Shown: in pieces, positions 11,941 through 22,550 of the stretch
How positions within the stretch are numbered: the first letter of the stretch is position 1
Layout: each line of letters opens with the position of its first letter
NCBI GenBank assembly: GCA_028534125.1
Contig: CM052823.1
Span: 3,348,001 to 3,412,000, forward strand
Length of the DNA stretch: 64,000 nt
Reading direction: 5' to 3'
From: Lama glama
Lineage: Eukaryota
Program-made: the position numbers and the translations under genes
Notes under the pieces: generated by a model
Databases searched by the model: none
What the model saw: the letters and a program-made list of their open reading frames with translations, nothing else
What the model was told of the DNA's origin: nothing

Positions 11941-13883
11941 TTCCCCTATCATGGGCCACACCCTGTCCTCCGGTTAGAGTTCCAGTCGGAGTCCATCTCC
12001 ATGTGGGAGTTTGTCCTGCAAAACAGCGGCTCTGATGTGATTAGCTGCAAACACAGTGAAGCCCCAACAGCCAGCCCTGACACGCTCAGCCTGGGAAGCT
12101 AAGCATTCAAGGCCTCGATGCCACCGCTGGGGACCCTGCGGCTTCACCCTCACTGAGCACAGGCTCTGAGATGCGCCATTCTCTCAAGCACTGGGGGAGG
12201 CCATTCCTCCTGAAGGTGGGATGATACCCAGGAAGGACGCACTACAGCACTGCGTCTATAACAGAGCAAGCGCGGCAGAGGCACCCCGCCGTGGATGGTG
12301 CCTTTGGGTGGGGCAGAGCAGATGCTGATGGTCAGGGGTCACATCAGCCCTCCCTAGACTTTGGATGGACACAGAGAGCAATAACCTTTCCCTGGAAGAG
12401 AGCTGCCTTCTTCCCCAGGTGGTCCTCCTGGGCAGAAGAAGAGCAGGAGCTGAATGACCAGTGATACAGCCATACATACGGCATCCCCGGGCCGAACCTC
12501 TCTCTTCGAGGGAGGGAGATGGGGCGGACCTGGCCCCCAAAGTCCCTACAGACGACAGATTGTGTTCTGAGGGCCCGGGGATCCTCACACGCTGACCCTC
12601 TCCCCGTGGACCCAGTGAGGGGGGCACAGAACCCTGCCCTGAAGGTGGGACACCTCCTCTCAGTCTTCCATGGTGCCAGAACATCCGCCACACAGTTACG
12701 AAGAGCATCCCCAAGCCCTCACGCGCCAATGCCGACAAGCACACCTGCGTCCCATCTCCAAAGCTCGGGTCACCTCTGCGCCATCACCTGAGGACGGAGG
12801 AAATTCCCGTGTGGGTGGACTGGGGGCACGGCCGCCGATCGAGCGCATGCCCGGGGCCACCGTGCATTCACGTGCCTGCGGGCAGGGCGCTTACTGTGAA
12901 GCTGGCGTCCCCAGCAGGCATCTGTCCCGAACTGATTCTCAAAAGGACTCGTCCGCTGGGCTGGTCGCCACAAAGAGAACAGGGCCACGAAGACGGGGAG
13001 CTGCGGGGCCTTGCAGCTGCCCCCAGGCGTCAACATGGAGAGGATCCTGGAAGGGGCGGGGCCCAGGGGCGCCACCCTCCACCAAGCTTGGGATCCTGTC
13101 CCCGTAACCGGGGTGATTCCAAAGCCAGCTCTGCGCGGGAGGCGCTGTCAGGTGTAGAGGCTGAGCAGTCTTCCTTACGGGCGAGAGAGGGAATGCAGGT
13201 CGGGGCCGTCTCTTCAAGGGCCCGGCGGTGGGACAGGAAACCCCACTGGCTCTGCTGGCAGAACCTTGTGGAAACCTATGGGAAGAAGAAGTGGACCCGG
13301 GGGTCAGTGACCCTGGAGACAAACAGGGAGGCAGAGCAGGAATCAGACTGCCTTTCACCCACCTGGGAAGATGGTGGCTCTGCGCCCGGGGAGCTGTCCC
13401 CGATGCGGCTTGACCCTCGGAAGTAGATTGTCCTCAGAGAAGTCTTTGTGAAGGAAGTGATCTCTCCTCGAGTGTCCCACAGGGCGGAAACCACATTCTC
13501 CCCACCAGGCTGGAGCCACCCTGCAAAGGACTGGGACTGGAGGACCAGAGCCAGGAGGGCTCCAGCCCCGGGGTGGGGCTCACCGGTCAGGCCCCACTGA
13601 CTGGCCGGCCATGCAGTGATGTGGACTCAGAAAGTTCCAACCACAGATTCGCAAAGCACCACCCCCAACCCCACATCACACCCGCACTCCAAGGAAGGCC
13701 GGACGGAACAGGGCGGAGAGGGGAGTGACTTTGTACAAATCATCCAAACACATCCAGGTCACTGCAAAACCACAGCAAAGCAGCACTGGGCCCCTCCCAC
13801 CACCAGCCGGGCCCCGGGCTCCCAGCTCACACAAGGCACACGCTCTCACGTCTCCTGTGCGGGCGGCCCTCCGAGGCAGAGTT

Positions 13884-13964
13884 TGATATTCAAAAAGAGG
13901 TTAACCATGTATTATTCATGATGAACGAAGCGAACATGACACGGATAACCTCTCCTCAAATATC
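13884..13964 (-). ncRNA. MIR655: pre-miR-655
   Basis: 3p AUAAUACAUGGUUAACCUCUUU at 13894-13915. Confidence 0.97.
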
Positions 13965-15575
13965 CCTGAACAGTTCTGAAACGAAAACCACGGCCTCTTC
14001 CCCACCGTCGTCTCTGCCTCCGGAAGCTTCTTCCCCGCATGAGCTGAATCCCAGGGCCAGGGAGCCAGGGGCCCACATCCTGCGAAGAGAGCCCACGTGC
14101 CAGCATCAGTCATCTGTTCCCATACCCTGGGCCCCGGGCCTTGGCTTGGCCCCGACCCCAAAGTCCAAACACCCAGACTGGAACCGCCGTGCACAGAAAG
14201 CCTTCCAGAACAGGTGCAACCCCACACACACACCGAAACCTCCTCCGGGCATTCCTAGGAGGTGGGATCTGATGACTGGAAGAGGCCAACAGATAAATTC
14301 GTGTTACAGGTAAGCACAGCCGTCATGATAATACCTTTTTTGATAAAACAGAGTGCATCACAGGTCCCCGAGACAGGGGCTCCCCAAAAGATGGCCTCAG
14401 TTCCAGGAACACTGCTTCAGACTGACTGGAAATGGAGGATCACAGATGCGATGGCCCCAACTGTTGACCCGGCACCTGGCAACTCAGTCTTGCACGGGGC
14501 TGACACAGGTGGCCTCTTCCTGATGCAGGCCTTGTATCTGGAAAGCCCTCGGAAGCAGGATTTGATTATAAGGGAGAGTGATCCCATGACGTTTATGCAT
14601 AAGTGAGCTCATCGCAGAAAACCATTGTTCACGAACTGAAGAGCAGGGTGTCGGTTTGGGAAGTGTTCTCGCAATGAGCAGCGTGTGGAAGAGGGGAAGC
14701 AGGGGACACACATCACATATCAAGCACACCATCTCCAGCCCCAAACTGTTCTGAGCGTTGTCCACCGGCCAGTAGCANNNNNNNNNNNNNNNNNNNNNNN
14801 NNNNNNNNNNNNNNNNNNNNNNNNNNNNNNNNNNNNNNNNNNNNNNNNNNNNNNNNNNNNNNNNNNNNNNNNNNNNNNNNNNNNNNNNNNNNNNNNNNNN
14901 NNNNNNNNNNNNNNNNNNNNNNNNNNNNNNNNNNNNNNNNNNNNNNNNNNNNNNNNNNNNNNNNNNNNNNNNNNNNNNNNNNNNNNNNNNNNNNNNNNNN
15001 NNNNNCGTTGACTCCAGTGTCTGATTCCCAGGGTCCGTGTTCCATGCGAGAGTCTCTAAGATGAAATGAGTCCAAAAGAAGCGTGTTACCGTGCCGTGTC
15101 CATCAGGAACACAAGAAATAGTCAACAGACAGCTCCTCAGAGGGACCAAACGGTAGTGGCTGCAGGAAATGGACTGTGCTTTCCTTAATTTTGCATCTCC
15201 TCAAGGAAGTCTTCCATGCTCAGAATTTACGCCGACGATCAGGGGATGTGGCACCCAGATGCCCCAGTCCACTGTCTAGCCGCCCAGAGACACCTGACAA
15301 TAGCATCTCCAAGGAGCTCCTCGTGGCTGAGATTCACTAACAAGAAGAGAAAGACGGAGAAGTGACAAACGAGCTCTTCCAAACAGCTCTGAGCACCGGA
15401 ATTGTGTCCCCTCCCGAGGCTGGGATTCGCTCAGGGAAGTCACACTGACGGCTTGCATCCTGAGGTCACTGCATTAGTTCTTACAGCCCTTCACTTGCGC
15501 TCCGTGGTGCGGCAGGCGCCCAGGTCCTCTTACCGAAGTCGGCACCGTGCCTGAGGAAGCTTGTGAAGTGAATCT

Positions 15576-15654
15576 GGATACTAAAACAGTGGTTGTCTGG
15601 GATGAATCACCGTAAGTAGAGAGGCCATACTATGGACAGCTGTTCTTTACGCAC
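15576..15654 (-). pseudogene. MIR889: Diverged miR-889 orthologue, seed altered
   Basis: Flanks GUGCGUAAAGAA and UGUUUUAGUAUCC match pre-miR-889, but 3p reads UUCAUCCCAGACAACCACUGU versus UUAAUAUCGGACAACCAUUGU. Confidence 0.75.
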
Positions 15655-16116
15655 CACAAGACTGGGCCCTCCAGAAGAGCGTGGCGTCTTCTCCAAGTCA
15701 GCGTCCCTTCCAGAAAGTTCTCCACAGGCAGTCTGAACAAGGCAGGTTAGCGGGTCAGCGTCACACAGCGAGATTCAGCCACATGCTTGGGGGTCAGGCA
15801 TGTCCTCGGGCAGGGGAAGGGGAACTGATACCAATGACCTGACCCTAAAGTTGGCTTCCTGTCCAAGCAGCGCCTTCAAGGAGCAGTATTCGATGAGCCT
15901 TGAATGCTGGGTCACCCACAGAGCACACTCGTGACCAATACAGGTTAGTGGCAGCACCAGGGAGCCCCTTACCAAGCTTGGCCCCGCCTCCAGGGCCCTG
16001 AGGCTAGCGCGCTGGTGTCCACGCCACGGCCAGGCGTGAGCTCCGGGAGGGGCGACACACGCGTCTCTTTACAGAGCTTGTCATGGGGTCCAAGATGGCC
16101 GACGAGGCAGGATTTG

Positions 16117-16194
16117 ATACTCAAAAAGAAACTGTCCTTGTATGATGCATCACAAAGAAAGCGAACACACCAAGGATAATTTCTCCTCGAGTAT
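16117..16194 (-). ncRNA. MIR539: pre-miR-539
   Basis: 5p GGAGAAAUUAUCCUUGGUGUGU at 16165-16186. Confidence 0.96.
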
Positions 16195-17460
16195 GAAACA
16201 GCAGCGTGGCAGGAACACCGGCACCTCCAGGTCTCTGGCTCCAGGTTACACAGTGACTACAACTCAGCAAAGCCAGATACACGCACACGCACCACGCATG
16301 CGTGCACACACACCACGTGCACACTCACCACGTGCACAGCAGACACAACGCATGCATCACGGACAATGTGTCTCTGAGCACCAGGGAGGCGGCACAGCGC
16401 TGCCCCTCGCTCTGCTCGGCGACCTCGCCCGAGGGTCCCGCAGAGGGCGGACGGCTGCTGAGGCCAGGAATCCGGGGACTGTCCCCCTTACCCGGAGCAA
16501 ACAAATGCTCTCAGTGGCCCTGCTGTCATGGGCCTCCTGCCCCCACTGCACTTGGCCTCGTTTCCGAAAGCCGTCACGGGAAGGCTGTCCTGCTGATCTT
16601 CAAGAGCCTCGCCAGCCCCTGGGAACCCCAGCGTCAGCTCTGGGCTGGGTAACCCACTCACACACCTGAGGGAGGGCTTGCCGTCCACACGCCAACATAG
16701 CTCCAAACCACCAAGGAGAGAGTTTGACAAGACCGCCGTTACAACAGTCCCCTAGCACAGAGCATCCCGGCTACGGCCTGGGAGGGGCCGAGCGCCGGGC
16801 ACTGCTCTAAGCCACGTACAAGTCTTAAGTCCTCCAGCCCCCAGCAGCCCTCTGGTTCCCAGTCCGCGCAAGAGCCCGCGGGCACCGCACGGCGAAATCC
16901 TTGCCCGAGGGGGCGGGTTAGTCAGTGTCAGAGGCGGGATCCAAGCACAGGANNNNNNNNNNNNNNNNNNNNNNNNNNNNNNNNNNNNNNNNNNNNNNNN
17001 NNNNNNNNNNNNNNNNNNNNNNNNNNNNNNNNNNNNNNNNNNNNNNNNNNNNNNNNNNNNNNNNNNNNNNNNNNNNNNNNNNNNCCTTGGAGGGACGGGG
17101 CAGGTCTTCAAGGCGCAGTCCTGCAGACGAATTAGACGCTGAGGGTTAGTGGATCAGTCCACCCGCACCACGTAGACACGTGCAGTGATGGCGTAACTGC
17201 CGCCCACACCCACCCCGACCTAGGAGTCTCTGGACCCAGACCACACACACAGCGCATGCCTCCTGACGGCCCCCCACCCCGCCGCAGAAACGGGAGAGGT
17301 GCTGTTCCCAGGACCACCGCCTTCTCTCAAGTCAGCCATGCGCCCGAGAAGGCACCTCTGCAAAGTGGTGACCCTGAAGCAACATGCCACACACCAATGG
17401 ACACACATGGTCATGCACACACATACCGAATCCCTTGCGTGGACTGGGTCCAAGGTTTGA

Positions 17461-17535
17461 TACTCACAGAGAGCTTGCCCTTGTATATTCTATGCCAAAA
17501 ACCCGAATATACAAAGGGCAACCTCGCTTTAAGTA
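17461..17535 (-). ncRNA. MIR381: pre-miR-381
   Basis: 3p UAUACAAGGGCAAGCUCUCUGU at 17466-17487. Confidence 0.98.
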
Positions 17536-18401
17536 CCAAACAATAGCATTGGGCAGGTCCATCGCTACCGCTCACAGAGCTGGCCTTGTCTCCCGGGAAG
17601 CATCCTAGGAGGTGGGAGATGCAGGATTGGCAGACCAGGGGGCAAACACCTCCTGCCAGGTGTGTGCCCATCTGCCTGCTCTCCATCCCACGGAGCCCAA
17701 GGAGGGACGGAAGCCAGTGCTCCTTCACTAAAATCGGCATCATTTCCAGGAATCACTCCCAGTTAGGATCGGTTCCTGAAAAGGAGCTGGACCCCATGGC
17801 CTTCAAGGGCACGCCCAGCACTCAGCTTCTCACTTTCTGCAAAACAACCCTGGGGGTGGACCCACATGGCCACCTCCTCCAGGAAGTCCTCCTGGTAATG
17901 CATGGAGGGAAGGGGACTGGATGAATTTACATCGCAGATAAAGCAAATGACCTGTGGTCACCATCCCACCATTCCTCCCACAGAGGCATAGCTGTCAACA
18001 TCCGGCCCCAGCACCAGCCTCCTCCCTACCCCCAGGAAGCCATGCTAGGAAAGAGTTCATACTGAAAAGGAGTCAAACTCCATGGACCACCCAGGAACGG
18101 AGACAGCAGACCCACGACCAGTTCCCTGTGGCGGCCTCTGCCCTCAAGAGGGCCCCTGTGAAGAAGCAGAAGCTAGAGGCCACAGGTGAGCAGGTGACCT
18201 AACTCACCCCCCAGGTGAGGTGCTCACCTCTCCCAGACGACAGCTGCTCTCCTCCAGGGGGCCGCTGCAATACCCCTTCCCTGATGCTGGCCTCAGGGCC
18301 AGAGGACCCCACGGCGGTCAGGCTGTGCGAGGCGGATGGTCACACAGCCCAAGAAATGTCCTCATACAGAACAAAAGCCATCTTCTTCCAGCCGTCCTAG
18401 A

Positions 18402-18490
18402 GATGAACGGAATGCAGGAAGGTCAGAGGACCAGAGGACGAACGCTGAGACAGGAATACTTCCCTCTGACCTTCCCGCATCCACGTACCT
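18402..18490 (-). ncRNA. miR-3956-like hairpin with a long loop
   Basis: GUACGUGGAUGCGGGAAGGUCAGA (18465-18488) pairs with CUGACCUUCCUGCAUUCCGUUC; resembles ruminant miR-3956 as I recall it. Confidence 0.6.
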
Positions 18491-19155
18491 GGCCCGGGGC
18501 GACGACTCCCGGGCCTCCTTCCCAGAGCCGGGCGGTTCGCGTGGAGGACACCGTCCAGGCAAGACTCGAACCACAAATCACAGAGAGAATAGTTCTTACA
18601 GATTCGTCTCAGGGACCCTGAGCAGGAGAGTGTCCTCCCAAACACCGGAGAGGAGCACTGTCGGGCAAAGCTCAGCCTCTTCTCCGAAGTGGATGCTACC
18701 TCCAGGAAGCCCTCCAGGGTGGACTCGCAGGGGTTGGTCCATCTGACTTAGAACCATCACAAACATAGAGCTCTGTGGTCCACCTTCACTCATCCATCAC
18801 CCTTGAAAGGATCTGACATCAGGGTCTCTCTCCTGAGCTGGGCATTGTCCTGGGAAGCCTCCTGGGTATGACTTGGTAGTGACAAAGGGCAGGTCCACAT
18901 ACGAATCACCTTTGAAAAAGCAAATCACCACCACAGTCAGTGTGGACAACAGACAGCACACACAAAAGCCGCCCCTGCCCCCGGCCCTGCCGGCATGGCC
19001 TGGCCTCTGGGCTGTCCCCCAGAGGAGGACCAGGGCCTGCGTTACAGCTGAAGCCCACGCTGGGGCCTGGGAGGCTACGACGTACCTGAGAGGGGCCGAC
19101 AACAGCATCACTGTCCTGAAGGCGGAGCTGAGTCCAAGTGCCTTCCCGGTCAGAG

Positions 19156-19241
19156 TTTGATACGCAAATAAGAGTCTCCCCCTGTATATTCGCCATTAAT
19201 AAAGTGAACATACAAAGGGTATCCTCTCTTCAAGTACCAAA
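19156..19241 (-). ncRNA. MIR1185: pre-miR-1185 (single copy)
   Basis: 5p AGAGGAUACCCUUUGUAUGUU at 19207-19227; 3p AUAUACAGGGGGAGACUCUUAU at 19168-19189. Confidence 0.97.
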
Positions 19242-20384
19242 GAGCAGCTTCAGGGAGCACCACGCCGCATCTTCCCCAGAAGGGGCTCGCTTCCTGCCGG
19301 GCCTGAGACCAAGGGGGAGGGGCCGGTGACAACACTGACCCTGCACACGGCGCCCCGGCCCGCACTGGGCTGGGCTTCCCAGCATCTCTCCGAGACAGGA
19401 CTGTCTCCCAGACACACAAAGTAAATGTCCAGTGCTGACAGCCCTTCCTGGCCTGCAAAACCACTGCCTCGGCCCAAAGCCTCTCCCTGCAGAAGTCCCC
19501 CTGGTGACACAGTGGCTGCTGGGAGTTAGAAGACACAAGGGCATGCGTTGTTAAAGAAAAGCAGCGTAAGCGAAAACCAACACACTCTGGATCCACTGCC
19601 CGCTCACAATTTGCATAGCAGTGTTAAGACGAATGTCCTTTCTCCCGAACTTGGCATTCTGTCCAGAAGACCACCGAGCTGTTACTCAAAAGCACTCATC
19701 TAGAGCAAAGTTCACCAAAGGAAAGTGGAATCCCCATGGACCAGCTCTCATCAAACAGATCATGGCATCAGTAGCCCCAGGGTCCTCCCGTCACTGTGGG
19801 CAACGAGGCCAAGGGGAGGCCAGTGGGCCAAGAGAGAACCAGGGCTTACAGTCCCAGGGCAAGTGCCATAAAAACACGGCACCCTGGGGCCACCCCGGTC
19901 CCTTACTTCCCTTCTCTCAAGTGGATGTTACAGCCCAGAAGCCAGCCCAAGGATGCCCTGGGGACGGAGGCCGGGGACCCCAACACATCCAGGACAAACT
20001 AGACACTGACTTGCTGTTGACCCTTCTTTCTCATATCTGGGACGTACGCTGACCGTGAGGTCTCCTCCTGGGGCCTGGCACCCTGTCTGGGAAGACGTGC
20101 CAGAGTAGCAGCTCGGGGACACTTCGTCATCAAGTTAAGCATCAACGTTCTCCACACAACAGCAGCTTGGAAAAGGAAACACTGCCCTCGCCAAAGTCAG
20201 CATCTCGTCCCGAAAGTTCTCTGAAGGATGCAGGGGATGAGGAGGGCAAGAGGCCAGGTCACAAACAGTTAAGAGAGAGCTACGTGCCCCACAATCAACC
20301 ATGCGCTTGCCTACCCCACGGCAGTCCTGGCCTCTGATGCTCCCTGAAGTCCACCTCGTTTTCCAGACGCTTTCCCAGGCAGGA

Positions 20385-20467
20385 TTTGCTCCTCGGAGAG
20401 AGCCCACCCTTATCCATGCGTTACAAATGATGCAAACACGGGCAGGGAAATCTCTCTTCAAGTAGCA
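20385..20467 (-). pseudogene. MIR300: Decayed miR-300 orthologue
   Basis: Ends UGCUACUUGAAGAGAG and GGAGCAAA match pre-miR-300; mature arm and seed not retained; syntenic position. Confidence 0.7.
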
Positions 20468-21315
20468 AACAGCCCCACTGGTGGGAGAGCCACTCTCACA
20501 GGGACAAAGTTGGCCTCAGCTCCAGGAGCGAGCCTAAGATAAACAGATTGGATACGTGGGGTTAGCAGGCAAGCGACACGCCTGCGTGTGGAGTTCGCAC
20601 CCGTGGGTGGATCACACATCTCTTCCTTCCGCATCCCAGGGAGCAGTCCCCCGACAAGTGCCCCTTCCTAAAACTGACCGCCTGCCCAGGCATCCTCTAA
20701 GATGACTGCAGAGGGGATTCTGGAAAATGCGTTATCAACATGGTGAGCACACGGAGAACAGGAGTCACTCAAGGCCGATGACATAACCTGAGACCGCAAC
20801 CTCGTAACCACACAGCACAGGCCGACCGCAAATCAGCCAGACTCATCCCCTGCAAAGCACGAGCTCTGTCACTGTCCGTCCCTGCTCCCTCTCTTCTTTG
20901 ATGGTGACGTCCCATCNNNNNNNNNNNNNNNNNNNNNNNNNNNNNNNNNNNNNNNNNNNNNNNNNNNNNNNNNNNNNNNNNNNNNNNNNNNNNNNNNNNN
21001 NNNNNNNNNNNNNNNNNNNNNNNNNNNNNNNNNNNNNNNNNNNNNTCGAACCTGCGCGTGAGTCACCAAAAATGAAAGTCACATTGGACAGACAAACCGC
21101 CACAGATATGCGGACAACAGACCCACAACGTGGTCTTCACTGAGAGGGCTGCTCGGCCAGACATGGCTCTCAAGTGCGGGTGAGCTCCAGGCCTCCGTCC
21201 TTCACTAAGACACGGCATGTGGTCCACCCAACATCCATTCACCTGCCCGGGCCCCGGGGCCCAGAGGCGGGGCTAGCCCTACAGTCTCTCCCCAAAATAC
21301 TTCCCAGGCAGCATT

Positions 21316-21400
21316 TGATACTGAAAACATGGATTTTCCTCTATGATTATCTCTGAATCACGTAAACATAGAAGGAATATCCACCTTTTAAATACCAAAG
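21316..21400 (-). ncRNA. MIR376B: pre-miR-376b
   Basis: 3p AUCAUAGAGGAAAAUCCAUGUU at 21326-21347. Confidence 0.93.
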
Positions 21401-21729
21401 AAAGTCTGAATTCTGGAAAGGACAAACCTACCCACAATTCACCAGACACGGAAGCAAGACAGCAGAGCCAGCGGCGCCCACTCCCGGGCGCCGCTGTGAC
21501 CACAGGGCTCGGCCTCCGGGCCCGGCCGGCCCCTCGGCGGGAGAGGGGCCGCGGCGGGAGATGCGCGGAGGGAGACGCGCGGAGGGAGACGCGCGGCGGG
21601 TCCGCGGCGGCCGTGAAGCCCGAAGCCCGCGTCGGCCGTGAAGCCCGAAGCCCGCGTCGTGCGGCGCTCGGCCCGCCTCGCTCCCCGGACCACGGGGTCA
21701 GTCCCCAGAAGGCTTCCTGGGCAGCATTT

Positions 21730-21809
21730 GATACTGAAAATGCGGATTTTCCTCTGTGATTAGCTAGCAAGCATGTAACCACAGAAGGGAAATCTACCTT
21801 TTGAATACC
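21730..21809 (-). ncRNA. miR-376 paralogue (376a-2/376d-like) with a changed seed
   Basis: 3p AUCACAGAGGAAAAUCCGCAU at 21740-21760; 5p GGUAGAUUUCCCUUCUGUGGUUA; family flanks intact. Confidence 0.88.
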
Positions 21810-21951
21810 AAAGGTGGACGCGACGCATGGTGCGTCGGGAACGAGTGCCTCCACACAGCGCGGAGCCCTGCGGAGCCGCCCCGGAGCCGCTGCGACGCCG
21901 GTCCCCAGCCTCCGCCCTGAGTCGGCAGCTCGGTGGGAGGGTCTCCCCAAG

Positions 21952-22028
21952 ATGGGGTGAGGGGCGGTCCACAGACATACGGCACAAAGGGGGCACGTGA
22001 GCTGGGGTCCACCGTCTTCCACTTACCC
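21952..22028 (-). ncRNA. miR-654-like hairpin (diverged)
   Basis: Starts GGGUAAGUGGAAGA like pre-miR-654; 3p UAUGUCUGUGGACCGCC keeps the AUGUCUG seed; arms still pair. Confidence 0.6.
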
Positions 22029-22359
22029 TGGAGGGGCTTCCCCCCACCTGNNNNNNNNNNNNNNNNNNNNNNNNNNNNNNNNNNNNNNNNNNNNNNNNNN
22101 NNNNNNNNNNNNNNNNNNNNNNNNNNNNNNNNNNNNNNNNNNNNNNNNNNNNNNNNNNNNNNNNNNNNNNNNNNNNNNNNNNNNNNNNNNNNNNNNNNNN
22201 NNNATGAACCTGAACACAATCCGTCAGAAATACAGGTAACACAGGACAGGCGCCCTGAGCGTGGGCCTCCGGTGGGGTGGGGGCGGGGGGCGGCGGGGAC
22301 TGTCAGCTCCAGGAGGACACCTGTCCCCTCACCAAGGGAGACGTGGGCTGGGATCACCT

Positions 22360-22361
<2 letters not shown>

Positions 22362-22411
<50 letters not shown>
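22362..22411. repeat. (GT)n microsatellite
   Basis: Uninterrupted GT run of about 25 units. Confidence 0.99.
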
Positions 22412-22412
<1 letters not shown>

Positions 22413-22470
22413 TTTCTCTGTCTTCCCAGTAGGGGATTTTGTGTTCAGAGATGTTTTAAAAGCAACTTTA

Positions 22471-22550
22471 GATACTGAAAATGTGGATTTTCCTCTATGA
22501 TTAACCATAAATCCTGTAAACATAGAAGGAATATCCACCTTTTGAATATC
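22471..22550 (-). ncRNA. miR-376 family member (376c/d/e-like)
   Basis: 3p AUCAUAGAGGAAAAUCCACAU at 22481-22501; 5p GGUGGAUAUUCCUUCUAUGUUUA; exact paralogue name uncertain. Confidence 0.92.

Noticed and set aside
17600-19150. Absence of a second miR-1185 as a loss
   Set aside because: I know two copies from human, but a single copy is plausibly ancestral and the window cannot polarise this
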